Notes: generated by a model not told the origin, from the letters alone. Counted from the first letter of the stretch, positions 1 to 9,601 are shown. The stretch is DNA of 60,969 nucleotides from an uncultured Alphaproteobacteria bacterium (GCA_937888955.1 CALAQW010000086.1:1-60969); one strand, 5' to 3'. Numbers and translations: made by a program.

Positions 1-46
1 CGTGCACCCAGCAGGCGCTCGGCCGCGGACGCTGTCCTGCTGCTTG

Positions 47-229
47 CTAATTGATGGTGACAGACCCCTTCTGCATTTCCAGGATCGCATCCTTCAGGCG
101 CAGTTTTTCGCGCTTCAGCTCCGCCAGATGCAAATCGTCGGTGCCCGGTCTGCGGGCCTCCCGTTTTATGGCGTCGTCGAGCCGATCATGTTCCACGCGA
201 AGTGCTTCAAGTTGCGCTTCAGGGTGCAT
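47..229 (-). CDS. DUF465 (YdcH-like) small coiled-coil protein, 60 aa
   Basis: An AAGGAGG Shine-Dalgarno lies 5 nt upstream of the ATG at 229. The TTG start at 244 in the ORF track is less likely. The sequence LAELKREKLRLKDAILEM is typical of DUF465 proteins. Confidence 0.7.
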   Translation of the reverse strand: MHPEAQLEALRVEHDRLDDAIKREARRPGTDDLHLAELKREKLRLKDAILEMQKGSVTIN

Positions 230-256
230 CGTTACCTCCTTCAACGGTCATCGGGA

Positions 257-290
257 TGTCATATTAGAACATGCAATTCTTAATATGTCA
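257..290. repeat. 10-bp inverted repeat with 1 mismatch, TGtCATATTA-N14-TAATATGtCA, in the AT-rich divergent promoter region; candidate operator
   Basis: Read directly from the sequence. It lies between the DUF465 start (229) and the HTH-ubiX start (337). Any operator role is inferred. Confidence 0.4.
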
Positions 291-336
291 GCCCATACAT
301 ATTGACGCAGTCAGCGATTCATCACACATTCCTCAC

Positions 337-1125
337 ATGAATGAGAACTGGTTTAGAGAAAACCTCAAACGCGTCGGTGCAACCCAGGAAGATCTGGCAA
401 AAGCCATCGGTCGCGACAGGGCCGTTGTCAGCCGTGTCATTCGCGGACGGCAGGCGCTCAACCTTGAATGGGCGGAACCTTTCGCGCGCGTCCTGCAGGT
501 GCCCGTCAGCGCGGTGCTGCGACAGGCGGGCCTTGCGCTCGAGCCTGCCCCGACACGCCGGATCATCGTCGGCATCAGCGGCGCAACCGGTGTGGAATAT
601 GGCGTCAGACTATTGACTTTATTAAAACAATTGGAAATTGAAAGCCATCTGGTGATGAGCCGCGCGGCGGAAATCGCGATGACGCAGGAGACCGATTACA
701 AACCGCGCGAGATCGCCACGCAGGCTGATAAATATTATCACATCAATGATGTCGCCGCCGCCATCGCCAGCGGATCATTCAAAACCATGGGCATGATCAT
801 TGCCCCCTGCTCGATCCGCAGCATGTCGGAAATCGCCAGCGGGGCGACCTCAAATCTGCTCACACGCGCGGCCGATGTGGTTCTCAAGGAACGGCGGCGG
901 CTGGTGCTGATGGTGCGCGAATCGCCGCTGCATGGCGGGCATTTGCGCAATATGGCGCGGCTGTCGGATCTGGGCGCGATCATCGCACCGCCCATGCCCG
1001 CCTTCTATCCGCGCCCGAAATCACTTGAGGAGATGGTGGATCACGGGCTGGGGCGGGTGCTCGACCTGTTCGATCTTGAAACGGCCGGTCTGCAACGCTG
1101 GGGGGAGGATATCGGCCTGCGCTGA
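337..1125 (+). CDS. ubiX: Flavin prenyltransferase UbiX with an in-frame N-terminal XRE-like helix-turn-helix extension
   Basis: The C-terminal ~190 aa carry UbiX/Pad1 hallmarks (RRIIVGISGATG, MIIAPCSIRSMSEIASG, LVLMVRESPLHGGHLRNM). The N-terminal ~65 aa (GATQEDLAKAIGRDRAVVSRVIRGRQ) look like an HTH_3-type domain. The frame is continuous with no stop. ATG 271 is also open. Internal GTGs at 499 and 514 have no SD. Confidence 0.8.
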   Translation: MNENWFRENLKRVGATQEDLAKAIGRDRAVVSRVIRGRQALNLEWAEPFARVLQVPVSAVLRQAGLALEPAPTRRIIVGISGATGVEYGVRLLTLLKQLEIESHLVMSRAAEIAMTQETDYKPREIATQADKYYHINDVAAAIASGSFKTMGMIIAPCSIRSMSEIASGATSNLLTRAADVVLKERRRLVLMVRESPLHGGHLRNMARLSDLGAIIAPPMPAFYPRPKSLEEMVDHGLGRVLDLFDLETAGLQRWGEDIGLR

Positions 1126-1186
1126 ACCGGCCGCACTGACACGGCTTGCGTGCCGATCTCCGGTCAATCTTCCGCATTTCGGCCTT

Positions 1187-1204
1187 TGACATTTCGGCAT
1201 GTCA
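1187..1204. repeat. Perfect inverted repeat TGACAT-N6-ATGTCA, 74 nt upstream of the second DUF465 gene
   Basis: Read directly from the sequence. It shares the ATGTCA half-site with the repeat at 257-290. Confidence 0.4.
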
Positions 1205-1277
1205 GGCGATAGCGGTAGCGCGCGTCTATGCTATAGTGCAGACGGTTTATTCAAACAGTTGTCCCGACGGTCCCCCT

Positions 1278-1478
1278 ATGCCAGATACCGAGAACCTGCG
1301 CGCCCAGTTGCATGAATTGCGGCAGGAGCATCGGGATCTTGATGCCGCGATTTCCGCCTTGCAGGAAAACCCGGCAGGCGACCGGTTGCAATTGCAGCGG
1401 CTGAAAAAGAAAAAGCTGCGGCTGCGCGACGAGATCGTACGCCTTGAAGATGTGATTTATCCCGATATCATTGCCTGA
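1278..1478 (+). CDS. DUF465 (YdcH-like) small coiled-coil protein, 66 aa
   Basis: LQLQRLKKKKLRLRDEIVRLE is paralogous to the ORF at 47-229. The longer 1146 start would add a non-conserved leader. No clear SD, so the start is uncertain. Confidence 0.65.
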   Translation: MPDTENLRAQLHELRQEHRDLDAAISALQENPAGDRLQLQRLKKKKLRLRDEIVRLEDVIYPDIIA

Positions 1479-1674
1479 TCAGGCGCGAGTTGACCCTCTC
1501 GCTAATTCTCTGGCAGGAAAAGATTTTTCGCGACACTGCTTGGCTTTTTTGCAATGCACCATACCTATCTGGAATAGGCGTTGCGTCATGATTTGGTCGT
1601 AACCTCCCCTTATCGTTCGACATGTCATAATCGCGGCAACATTACGGAACGCGCCGCAGACAGGAGTAGTCACT

Positions 1675-3105
1675 GTGGAAGTATTACCGGCACCGGCAGA
1701 ACAGGAATCGCGGCTTTTTGGCCGCACCGGCAGCCGTATCGCGCGGGCGCTGCGCGATTTGCGCGGCGTGACACTGGGCCGTATGGGCGGTTCGCTGCGC
1801 CCCGACCTGCCCGAAGAAGACATTGCCCGCCTGCGGCAGCAGATCGACAGCTGTCTTGAAGCGCGCGGTGGCGAGGTCGCCGCGCGCAATCAGGCGACCG
1901 AGATCGGCCGCACCTATCTGAGCCTGAGCGACAAGGGCCGCAAACGCTTTCTCCTGCTGCTGGCTGATTCATATGGCGTTGACCATGCGGCGGTAAGGCA
2001 GGCCGCCAAACCGCTTTTCGATCAGAAATCCGAAGATGCGCTGGCAGCGGCCGAGCGGCGCTTGCGGCAATTGCTCGAATCACCGCGTATCCGGCTGTTG
2101 CGGCAGTTCAACGGGATCGCCCAGGGGGTGAAATTCCTGGTCGATCTGCGCGCCGACATCTTGCGCTTCAAGCGCGACGCGCCCCGGCTCGGACCGCTCG
2201 ATCAGGAACTGCGTGAGTTGCTTACGTCCTGGTTCGATGCGGGCTTCCTCGAATTGCATGCGATTGACTGGGAAGCGCCCGCCGCCTTGCTTGAAAAACT
2301 CATCGCTTATGAGGCGGTGCATGAAATCAAATCCTGGAATGATCTCAAGAATCGCCTCGATTCGGATCGGCGCTGCTATGGCTTTTTTCATCCCGCCATG
2401 CCCAACGAACCGCTGATCTTCGTCGAAGTGGCGCTTGTCAGCGGCATCGCCGGCAATGTGCAGGAACTGCTTGACGAGGCAGCGCCCGCTGCCGTGCCGG
2501 AAGAAGCCGATACGGCGATCTTCTATTCAATTTCCAACGCGCAGAAGGGGCTTGCCGGGGTCGGCTTTGGCGAATTTCTGATCAAACGGGTCGTCAATGA
2601 CCTGAAGGCCAAATTTCCACGCCTGAAAACCTTTGCCACCCTGTCACCCATGCCCGGTTTTGCGGCCTGGCTCGATGACGCGCTCAAGTCCGGCGACATT
2701 GCTGTCATGTTGCCGGCCGCCGACGCGCTGGCGCTCAAGGCAAAGAGCGGCGCGCAATCGTCTGAGGCTGCGCTGATCGGCCTGCTTGAAACGCCCGACT
2801 GGTGGCTGGATACAGAGATTTCCGGCCTGCTGCAGCCGGTACTGACCCGACTTGGCGCGCGCTATCTGCTCGAAGCGCGACGCGATAGCGGCACCGCACG
2901 CGATCCGGTGGCGCATTTCCACCTGACGAATGGCGCGCGGGTCGAACGGTTGAATTTCCTCGGCGACCGGTCGAAAAACGGTTTCCGCCAGTCGCACGGC
3001 ATGATGGTCAACTATCTTTATAAGCTCGGTGATATTGAAAAAAATCACGAACGCTATACAGATGGGCATATCCCCGCTTCGGGCAGCGTCCGCGAACTGA
3101 TCTGA
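1675..3105 (+). CDS. Malonyl-CoA decarboxylase (MCD family)
   Basis: 476 aa with a GTG start and GGAG 8 nt upstream. MCD-like C-terminal catalytic region (FATLSPMPGFAAWL, DPVAHFHLTNGARVERLNFLGD, GMMVNYLY). Confidence 0.8.
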   Translation: MEVLPAPAEQESRLFGRTGSRIARALRDLRGVTLGRMGGSLRPDLPEEDIARLRQQIDSCLEARGGEVAARNQATEIGRTYLSLSDKGRKRFLLLLADSYGVDHAAVRQAAKPLFDQKSEDALAAAERRLRQLLESPRIRLLRQFNGIAQGVKFLVDLRADILRFKRDAPRLGPLDQELRELLTSWFDAGFLELHAIDWEAPAALLEKLIAYEAVHEIKSWNDLKNRLDSDRRCYGFFHPAMPNEPLIFVEVALVSGIAGNVQELLDEAAPAAVPEEADTAIFYSISNAQKGLAGVGFGEFLIKRVVNDLKAKFPRLKTFATLSPMPGFAAWLDDALKSGDIAVMLPAADALALKAKSGAQSSEAALIGLLETPDWWLDTEISGLLQPVLTRLGARYLLEARRDSGTARDPVAHFHLTNGARVERLNFLGDRSKNGFRQSHGMMVNYLYKLGDIEKNHERYTDGHIPASGSVRELI

Positions 3106-3142
3106 ACTTCGCCTGATCGCACGCCGCCGCCTGCGGGCAGCA

Positions 3143-3631
3143 ATGCGAACAGGAAAGGGGCGGCGCCAAGTCATGCCGGAAGAGAAGAAAAAACGCGGCA
3201 TGCCCGACGGCATGACCCGACTGCAACTCATGCAGGACAAGCGTTCCAATGTGCAGTCGATGACCGATCTGATGGATGTCGAACTGGACGCATTCGATCG
3301 GGGTTGGGCAAGGCTTTTATGCTATCCGGGCGAAAAACACCGCAATCCCTCCTTCAATGTGCATGGCGGCTATGGCGCGACCGTCCTTGACGGGGTGATG
3401 GGCTGGGCGCTGATCAGCACGCTTGCGGAGGAAGAGGTGTTCACCACTGTCGACCTCAATATCAAATATCTGCGTGCGATGAAGGCGGACGGCACCGTCT
3501 ATGTCGCTCATGGCAAGGTCATCGATACCCAGGGGCGGACTGTCATCACCGATGGCACGATCGTCGATCCCGACGGCAGGATCTGCGTCTATGGGACAGC
3601 GACCTGCCGGATCGTGCGGCCGCGCAGCTGA
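3143..3631 (+). CDS. PaaI/YbgC-type hotdog-fold thioesterase
   Basis: The NVHGGYGATVLDGVMGWAL motif and a size of about 140-160 aa fit the family. The start is ambiguous (ATGs at 3143, 3173, 3200, 3212). Confidence 0.6.
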   Translation: MRTGKGRRQVMPEEKKKRGMPDGMTRLQLMQDKRSNVQSMTDLMDVELDAFDRGWARLLCYPGEKHRNPSFNVHGGYGATVLDGVMGWALISTLAEEEVFTTVDLNIKYLRAMKADGTVYVAHGKVIDTQGRTVITDGTIVDPDGRICVYGTATCRIVRPRS

Positions 3632-3682
3632 GCTTTAACTGCCTGCACAAGCACGCACGCCCACAGAAAGCACAGAACGCGG

Positions 3683-4516
3683 TTAGTCGAGCGCGCCTGC
3701 CCGCGTCGCGATCTTGCCGGTCACAGGCCCGGGCAGGCCCGACCCCACCTTTCGCCCCTCAAGCGTGACAAGCGGACAGATACCGATCAGGGAATTGGTG
3801 AGGAATAGCTCATCCGCACAGGCAAGCTCGGTATCGCTCACCGCGGCTTCCACAATGTCGATACCAAGTGCGCGGGCCGCCGCCATCGCCACCGCGCGCT
3901 GAATACCGGGGAGCGCCCCTTCACTGACAGGCGGTGTCACAAGCCCGCCATCGCGTACCAGAAACAGATTGGCCGCACTCGCTTCCGCGATCCGGCCATG
4001 GCAATTGCGCATCAACGCCTCATCAACGCCGCGCTGCGCCGCCTCGCGCCGCGCCAGCACCGAATCGAGGTAATTGAGGCTTTTTACCCGCGCGCTGACC
4101 GTGCCCGATCCCCGCACGGTTTGCGCGATCATGGCACTGCAACTTGCCGCCGGGGCCCCGAGCGCGGCAGCGGTGATCAGGATCGTCGCCGCTGCCTCAA
4201 CAGGCGGGACAAGCCCGCGCGGCCCGACCCCGCGGCTCACCGTCAGCCGCAAGGCCGCACGGCCTTCCTGCAAGCCATTTGCGGCAAGCACACGCTGCAT
4301 CGCAGTCAAAAGTTCAAGATCGGTCTTATGCAGCGGCAGGCCGATGAGATCCGCCGATTCCTGCAACCGCGTCAAATGCCGCCGCACCCGGCGGATCGTG
4401 CCATTCTCCGACAGCAGGGTTTCAAATAATCCGTCGCCCAGCAGAAACCCCCGGTCGCGCGGATCGATCCGCAATGTATCGAGTTCCGCAAGTTCGCCAT
4501 TAAGCCAGCCGATCAT
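3683..4516 (-). CDS. pabC: Aminodeoxychorismate lyase (class IV aminotransferase fold)
   Basis: Class IV aminotransferase-like sequence (RGFLLGDGLFETL, ANLFLV, ALPGI). ATGA overlap with the pabA stop. Operon context with pabB/pabA. Confidence 0.7.
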   Translation of the reverse strand: MIGWLNGELAELDTLRIDPRDRGFLLGDGLFETLLSENGTIRRVRRHLTRLQESADLIGLPLHKTDLELLTAMQRVLAANGLQEGRAALRLTVSRGVGPRGLVPPVEAAATILITAAALGAPAASCSAMIAQTVRGSGTVSARVKSLNYLDSVLARREAAQRGVDEALMRNCHGRIAEASAANLFLVRDGGLVTPPVSEGALPGIQRAVAMAAARALGIDIVEAAVSDTELACADELFLTNSLIGICPLVTLEGRKVGSGLPGPVTGKIATRAGALD

Positions 4517-5106
4517 ACCGCCCCCCTTGCCCTGTTCCACGCCGCCGCCAGTTCAAGAAAATTGCCAAGCAGCCGGTGTCCGTCTTCCGTCAACACCGAT
4601 TCGGGGTGAAACTGCACCCCGAAAACCGGCAGATGCGGATGCGCGAAGGCCATCACCTCGCCATCCTCGGCCCTGGCGGTAACTTGCAGCGGCGAGCCGT
4701 CGCCGATTTCAACCGCAAGCGAATGATAGCGCCCGACGCGCAACGGGTCCGGCAATCCGGCAAACAGCCCCGTCCCCTCATGACGGATCAGGGACGCCTT
4801 GCCATGCCGGGGCGTCAATGCGCGCCGCAGCACGGCGCCGAAGCTTTCCGCAATCGCCTGATGGCCAAGACAGACACCCAGCATCGGTACCCGGTCCGAC
4901 ATCTGCCGCACAAGGGTGAGCGAAATGCCCGCCTCACGCGGGGTACAGGGCCCCGGTGATAAAATGATCGCCTCCGGATCAAGGGCGGCTATGTCGGGCA
5001 GGCTGATCGCGTCATTGCGGACCACTTCACGCGCAAAGCCAAGCTCCCCCACATAACGGGCAAGATTATGGACGAACGAATCGTAATTATCGATCAGCAG
5101 GATCAT
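4513..5106 (-). CDS. pabA: Aminodeoxychorismate/anthranilate synthase component II (glutamine amidotransferase)
   Basis: MILLIDNYDSFVHNL, LGVCLGHQ and FGVQFHPES are class I GATase triad motifs. Confidence 0.8.
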   Translation of the reverse strand: MILLIDNYDSFVHNLARYVGELGFAREVVRNDAISLPDIAALDPEAIILSPGPCTPREAGISLTLVRQMSDRVPMLGVCLGHQAIAESFGAVLRRALTPRHGKASLIRHEGTGLFAGLPDPLRVGRYHSLAVEIGDGSPLQVTARAEDGEVMAFAHPHLPVFGVQFHPESVLTEDGHRLLGNFLELAAAWNRARGAV

Positions 5107-6527
5107 GATAGCGGCACCGGCGGCGCGACACCGAAAGCGGCAAAGATGGCCCGCGCTTTATCCAGTGTCTCGTTATATTCCGTCATCGGATCGGAATCGG
5201 CAACGATACCGCCGCCCGCATGAAAATGCGCCAGGCCGCCGGCAAATGTCACGGTACGGATCGCAATATTGAGATCCATGCCGCCATCTGATCCCAGATA
5301 GCCGATGGCCCCGCAATAGGGGCCGCGCGGATGCGGCTCGGTCTGGGCGATAATCTCCATCGCGCGGATTTTCGGCGCACCGGTGATCGACCCGCCGGGG
5401 AAGGCCGCGCGCAGCAGGTCGCTCGCCCCGAGCCCGGCACGTAGCCGGCCACGCACGACCGAGACGAGATGATGCACCATGGCATAGCTTTCAAGTCCGC
5501 AAAGGGTGGGCACGGTAACGCTGCCATCACGGCATACCCGGCTGAGATCATTGCGCAACAGATCGACGATCATCACATTTTCGGCACGATCCTTTTCGCT
5601 GCCAAGCAGTGCCTCGGCAATGGCGCGATCAGCGCCAGGATCTGTCGCCCAATCGGCGGCACGCGGGCGGGTGCCCTTGATCGGCCGCGCCTCCACCGCC
5701 TCACCTGAAAGTTTCACGAACCGCTCGGGGGAGGAAGAGGCGAGCACACCGTTTTCCAGCCGCAGATAGGCGGCAAAAGGCGCGGCATTCACCTGCCGCA
5801 ACCGGCGATAGAACTGATAGGGCGCAAAATCGTCCGGCAGGTCCAGGGTGAAACGCTGCGCGATATTGGCCTGAAAGATATCGCCCGCCAGAATATAGTC
5901 GATGACGCGCGCAACCGCCGCGCAATAGGCATCACGGGTGAAATTGCTGCGCGGATTGCAGGCCATGGGCGCGGCGATGCGGTCTGGATCATCTTGCCCG
6001 CCGGGCTGCGCGCGTGCATCGCTCATTGCCTGCCGAAGCCGTGCGACGCGCGCGGGTGGACAATCGGCTTCAGCGATCAGCCACGCCTTCTGTGCGATGA
6101 CATCAAAGGCAAGCACTGCCGGATAAATGCCCACCGCCATATCGGGCAGGCCCGCGCCACCGGGCCGGGGCGGGGGCAGCCTTTCGATCCAACCGCCAAG
6201 CTCATAGCCGAAAAACCCCGCAGCCCCACCCTGAAATGGCGGCAAACCGGGAAGCAGCGGTGCGGCACGCGCGGCAAGCATCTGCCGCAGCAGATCGAAA
6301 GGGTCGCCACGCTCAGGCTTGCCATCGCGCCGTAATTCATCGCCCGTGACAGTCAGCCGACTGACCGGGTCAACACAAATGAAGCTGTAGCGGCCAAGCG
6401 CGGTATCGGCCCGCGCGGAATCAAGAAACACCGCCCAGGGCTCATCGGCAAACGGTGCGAAAACCACCGCCGGGTCAGCATAATCAAGTGCTATAGCCTG
6501 ACGCATAGAAGAACCAAACGCGCGCAT
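5103..6527 (-). CDS. pabB: Aminodeoxychorismate synthase component I
   Basis: Chorismate-binding C-terminal domain (FPGGSITGAPKIRAMEII, GPYCGAIGY). Assigned to PabB rather than TrpE from its context with pabC. Confidence 0.75.
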   Translation of the reverse strand: MRAFGSSMRQAIALDYADPAVVFAPFADEPWAVFLDSARADTALGRYSFICVDPVSRLTVTGDELRRDGKPERGDPFDLLRQMLAARAAPLLPGLPPFQGGAAGFFGYELGGWIERLPPPRPGGAGLPDMAVGIYPAVLAFDVIAQKAWLIAEADCPPARVARLRQAMSDARAQPGGQDDPDRIAAPMACNPRSNFTRDAYCAAVARVIDYILAGDIFQANIAQRFTLDLPDDFAPYQFYRRLRQVNAAPFAAYLRLENGVLASSSPERFVKLSGEAVEARPIKGTRPRAADWATDPGADRAIAEALLGSEKDRAENVMIVDLLRNDLSRVCRDGSVTVPTLCGLESYAMVHHLVSVVRGRLRAGLGASDLLRAAFPGGSITGAPKIRAMEIIAQTEPHPRGPYCGAIGYLGSDGGMDLNIAIRTVTFAGGLAHFHAGGGIVADSDPMTEYNETLDKARAIFAAFGVAPPVPLS

Positions 6528-6535
6528 CGGCAGGG

Positions 6536-7264
6536 CTAACCCGGACGCCCCCGCCCCGGCCCCGGCCCGGCAAATCCTCCGCGCAAGCCGCCGATTTGAC
6601 CGAGCAGGCGTAGCGGATCAGGCAATCGCGCGGCAAGCCCCCGCGCCTGCGCCTTGAGCTTTTCCACACGCAGCACATCGACAAGCCGGCGGTCGATGAA
6701 CGCGCCGATCGCCGCCGCATCGGCCGCATCATCGCCTGTCGGCTGCTGCGCCAGCCAATGGGTAAGGGTCGCCGCGACCACAGCAGCCAAGGTCAACCGC
6801 TTGGTATAGAAATTGAAATCGGTCGATGTGTCGCCGACCGCGCGCCAGATCGTATCCACCGTCCCGTAAAGCGCCCGCGCCGCGCCCGCAGCATTATGCG
6901 GCAGCGCCTGAAAGGCCATGGCGCGACGCACCGCCTCGCGATGCGGGGCAAGCAGCGCGATATATTCACGCAAGGCGATCCCGACCCGTTCGGATATCCC
7001 CATCCCGTCGCGCAGACAGGCGGCAAGACGGTCCGCAAGTGCCCCATCCATGCTTTGCCAGAAATAGCCAACGAGATCCGCGGCCCCGTTCGGGAAAACA
7101 AGCTCCGCATGCCCGGCATCGAACGCACAATCAGCAATCGCCTGCTCGAAGGCAATCGGCCAGCCATCAAAGGCGGCATGCGGCAAGGCAGCGGCAAGCA
7201 GCGCAGCCCGGTCGCGCGCCATGGCCCCGACCGGCGCTGCGCCTTGCTGCGGGCCGTCGCTCAT
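6536..7264 (-). CDS. COQ9-domain protein (the rpsU-divergently-transcribed family of alphaproteobacteria)
   Basis: 242 aa. [15 protein letters not shown] and [18 protein letters not shown] resemble the COQ9 lipid-binding domain. ATGA overlap with the def stop. Confidence 0.6.
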   Translation of the reverse strand: MSDGPQQGAAPVGAMARDRAALLAAALPHAAFDGWPIAFEQAIADCAFDAGHAELVFPNGAADLVGYFWQSMDGALADRLAACLRDGMGISERVGIALREYIALLAPHREAVRRAMAFQALPHNAAGAARALYGTVDTIWRAVGDTSTDFNFYTKRLTLAAVVAATLTHWLAQQPTGDDAADAAAIGAFIDRRLVDVLRVEKLKAQARGLAARLPDPLRLLGQIGGLRGGFAGPGPGRGRPG

Positions 7265-7824
7265 TCGCTCCGCTCCCGTAGATGATCGTCCCGCGCCGCC
7301 GCCATCAGGCGCGGCAATTCGCTCTCAAAAACCAGATTGCCAAGATCGCGCATCCGCTGCGGGTAAAGCATCCCGTCCAGATGGTCGCATTCATGCTGCA
7401 CGACACGGGCATGAAATCCGCGCGCCTCACGCGCAAACGGCACACCGTCCTGATCAAGCCCAGAGTAGCGCAAATGCGTATAGCGCGGCACCAGCCCGCG
7501 CAGCCCCGGCACCGACAGACAGCCTTCCCAGCCCTCTTCCATCTCATCACCGAGAATGTCGATTTCGGGGTTGATCAGCACCGTGAGCGGGGCGCGCGCC
7601 TCAGGTGCTGCACCAGGGTCGGCATCCGCCGGGGCATGGAAAATCACGATCCGCACCCCCTCATGCACCTGCGGCGCGGCAAGCCCCGCGCCATTCGCGT
7701 CCATCATGGTTTCCACCATGTCGGCGATCAGCCGCTGGATTTCCGGATCAGTGGGGTCGCTCACCGGGCGCGCGGCGCGGCGCAGCACGGGATGCCCCAT
7801 CTTCGCGATCTTGCGTATCGTCAT
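7261..7824 (-). CDS. def: Peptide deformylase
   Basis: [17 protein letters not shown] and HECDHLDG motifs are all present. Confidence 0.9.
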   Translation of the reverse strand: MTIRKIAKMGHPVLRRAARPVSDPTDPEIQRLIADMVETMMDANGAGLAAPQVHEGVRIVIFHAPADADPGAAPEARAPLTVLINPEIDILGDEMEEGWEGCLSVPGLRGLVPRYTHLRYSGLDQDGVPFAREARGFHARVVQHECDHLDGMLYPQRMRDLGNLVFESELPRLMAAARDDHLRERSE

Positions 7825-7869
7825 GACGTTAATATGGCGCGCGGCGCGCGATAAATAAAGCGCCGCCGT

Positions 7870-9273
7870 TCAGAATGCCTTGACGATATCTTCGACCATT
7901 TTCTTGGCATCCGCGAACAGCATCATCGTATTGTCGCGGAAGAACAGCTCATTCTCGACCCCGGCATAGCCCGAGCCCATGCCGCGTTTCACGAACAGCA
8001 CGGTCTGCGCCTTTTCCACATCAAGGATCGGCATGCCGTAGATCGGGCTCGCCTTGTCGGTCTTGGCCGCAGGGTTGGTCACGTCATTCGCGCCGATGAC
8101 GAAGGCGACATCGGCGGTGGGGAACTGGCTGTTGATATCCTCAAGCTCGAACACCTCGTCATAAGGAACATTGGCTTCGGCCAGCAGCACATTCATATGA
8201 CCAGGCATGCGCCCTGCCACAGGATGGATGGCGTAAGAAATCTTGACGCCTTCCTCCTTGAGCAGGTCCACCATCTCACGCAGCGCATGTTGCGCCTGGG
8301 CAACCGCCATGCCGTAGCCCGGGACGATGATGACCGAACCCGCATTACGCATGATAAAGGCCGCATCCTCGGCGCTGCCCTGCTTGACCGGTCGGGTCTC
8401 GACCACGCCGCCGGCAGCCGCGGCATCGTCCGCGCCAAAGCCGCCCAGAATGACATTAAAGAAAGAGCGGTTCATGCCCTTGCACATGATATAGGACAGG
8501 ATCGCACCGGACGACCCGACCAGCGCACCGGTAATGATCAGCGCGGTATTCTCAAGCGTGAATCCGATCCCCGCCGCTGCCCAGCCCGAATAGGAGTTGA
8601 GCATCGACACGACCACCGGCATATCCGCGCCGCCGATCGGAATGATCAGCGTCACCCCGATGATGAAGGCAAGCAGCGTCAGCCCCCAGAACATGGCATG
8701 CGATTCCGACTGGCAGAACAGCACGATAAGCACAAGCAGCAAAATGCCAAGCAAGGCATTGAGCGGATGCTGCCCCTTGAAGACAACCGGCGCCCCCGAT
8801 ACCAGCCCCTGCAATTTGGCGAAGGCGATCACCGATCCTGAAAAAGTGACCGCGCCGATCGCCGCCCCAAGCGACATTTCAATCAGGCTGGCGATCTTGA
8901 TCGCGCCGGGCATGCCGATCCCGTAAGCCTGCGGCGTATAGAGGGCGGACCCCGCGACCAGCACCGCGGCCATGCCAACAAGGCTGTGAAAAGCAGCGAC
9001 AAGCTGCGGCATCGCAGTCATTGCGATGCGGTTGGCGATTACCGCACCGATCCCGCCACCGATGACAACGCCACCGACGATCAGCCCCCAGGTCAGCGGA
9101 TCTTTCACCCCCGACACAGCCAGGGTCGTCAGTACGGCAATTCCCATGCCGACCATGCCAAAGATATTGCCCCGGCGCGAGGTTTCAGGCGATGACAGCC
9201 CGCGCAACGCCAGAATGAACAGGATACCAGCGGCCAGATAGGCCAGGGCGGCAAGATTAGCGCTCACATGCAT
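7870..9273 (-). CDS. pntB: NAD(P) transhydrogenase subunit beta
   Basis: 467 aa. Multi-TM N-terminus plus a dIII NADP(H) domain (IIVPGYGMAVAQAQH, YAIHPVAGRMPGHMNVLLAEA). Confidence 0.9.
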   Translation of the reverse strand: MHVSANLAALAYLAAGILFILALRGLSSPETSRRGNIFGMVGMGIAVLTTLAVSGVKDPLTWGLIVGGVVIGGGIGAVIANRIAMTAMPQLVAAFHSLVGMAAVLVAGSALYTPQAYGIGMPGAIKIASLIEMSLGAAIGAVTFSGSVIAFAKLQGLVSGAPVVFKGQHPLNALLGILLLVLIVLFCQSESHAMFWGLTLLAFIIGVTLIIPIGGADMPVVVSMLNSYSGWAAAGIGFTLENTALIITGALVGSSGAILSYIMCKGMNRSFFNVILGGFGADDAAAAGGVVETRPVKQGSAEDAAFIMRNAGSVIIVPGYGMAVAQAQHALREMVDLLKEEGVKISYAIHPVAGRMPGHMNVLLAEANVPYDEVFELEDINSQFPTADVAFVIGANDVTNPAAKTDKASPIYGMPILDVEKAQTVLFVKRGMGSGYAGVENELFFRDNTMMLFADAKKMVEDIVKAF

Positions 9274-9276
9274 CCC

Positions 9277-9588
9277 TTACTTTTGTTTCTTTTTGTACAT
9301 GGCAAGCATGCGCTGGGTAACCAGGAAGCCGCCAAAGATATTCACCGAGGCGAGGATCAGCGCAACAAAGCCAAGACCCTTGGCGATCATGCCGGCCTCC
9401 GACATGTCGGCAGCGGCTTCCGCCCCCACCGCCAGAAGCGCCCCCACCACGATCACCGAGGAAATCGCATTGGTCACCGCCATCAACGGCGTATGCAGGG
9501 CAGGGGTCACGCTCCACACCACATAATAGCCAACGAAAATCGCCAATGCGAAAATCGCCAAGCGAAAGATAAAGGGATCAATTTCCAT
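9277..9588 (-). CDS. pntAB: NAD(P) transhydrogenase subunit alpha, part 2 (membrane)
   Basis: 103-aa, 3-TM protein between pntAA and pntB. This is the split-alpha arrangement typical of alphaproteobacteria. Confidence 0.85.
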   Translation of the reverse strand: MEIDPFIFRLAIFALAIFVGYYVVWSVTPALHTPLMAVTNAISSVIVVGALLAVGAEAAADMSEAGMIAKGLGFVALILASVNIFGGFLVTQRMLAMYKKKQK

Positions 9589-9601
9589 ATGCGTTATCCG
9601 C

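Noticed and set aside
271-336. Upstream ATG at 271 extending the HTH-UbiX ORF by 22 aa; likewise the 1146 start for the second DUF465 gene and the 244 TTG start for the first
   Set aside because: The extensions are AT-rich or non-conserved-looking leader sequence (MQFLICQPIHID...). For the first DUF465 gene, a perfect AAGGAGG precedes the internal ATG at 229. The ORF-track starts are simply the first possible start codons.
590-650. Locally AT-rich patch inside ubiX as a possible insertion or foreign segment
   Set aside because: It encodes the conserved UbiX segment GVRLLTLLKQLEIESHLV in frame. It reflects codon choice only.
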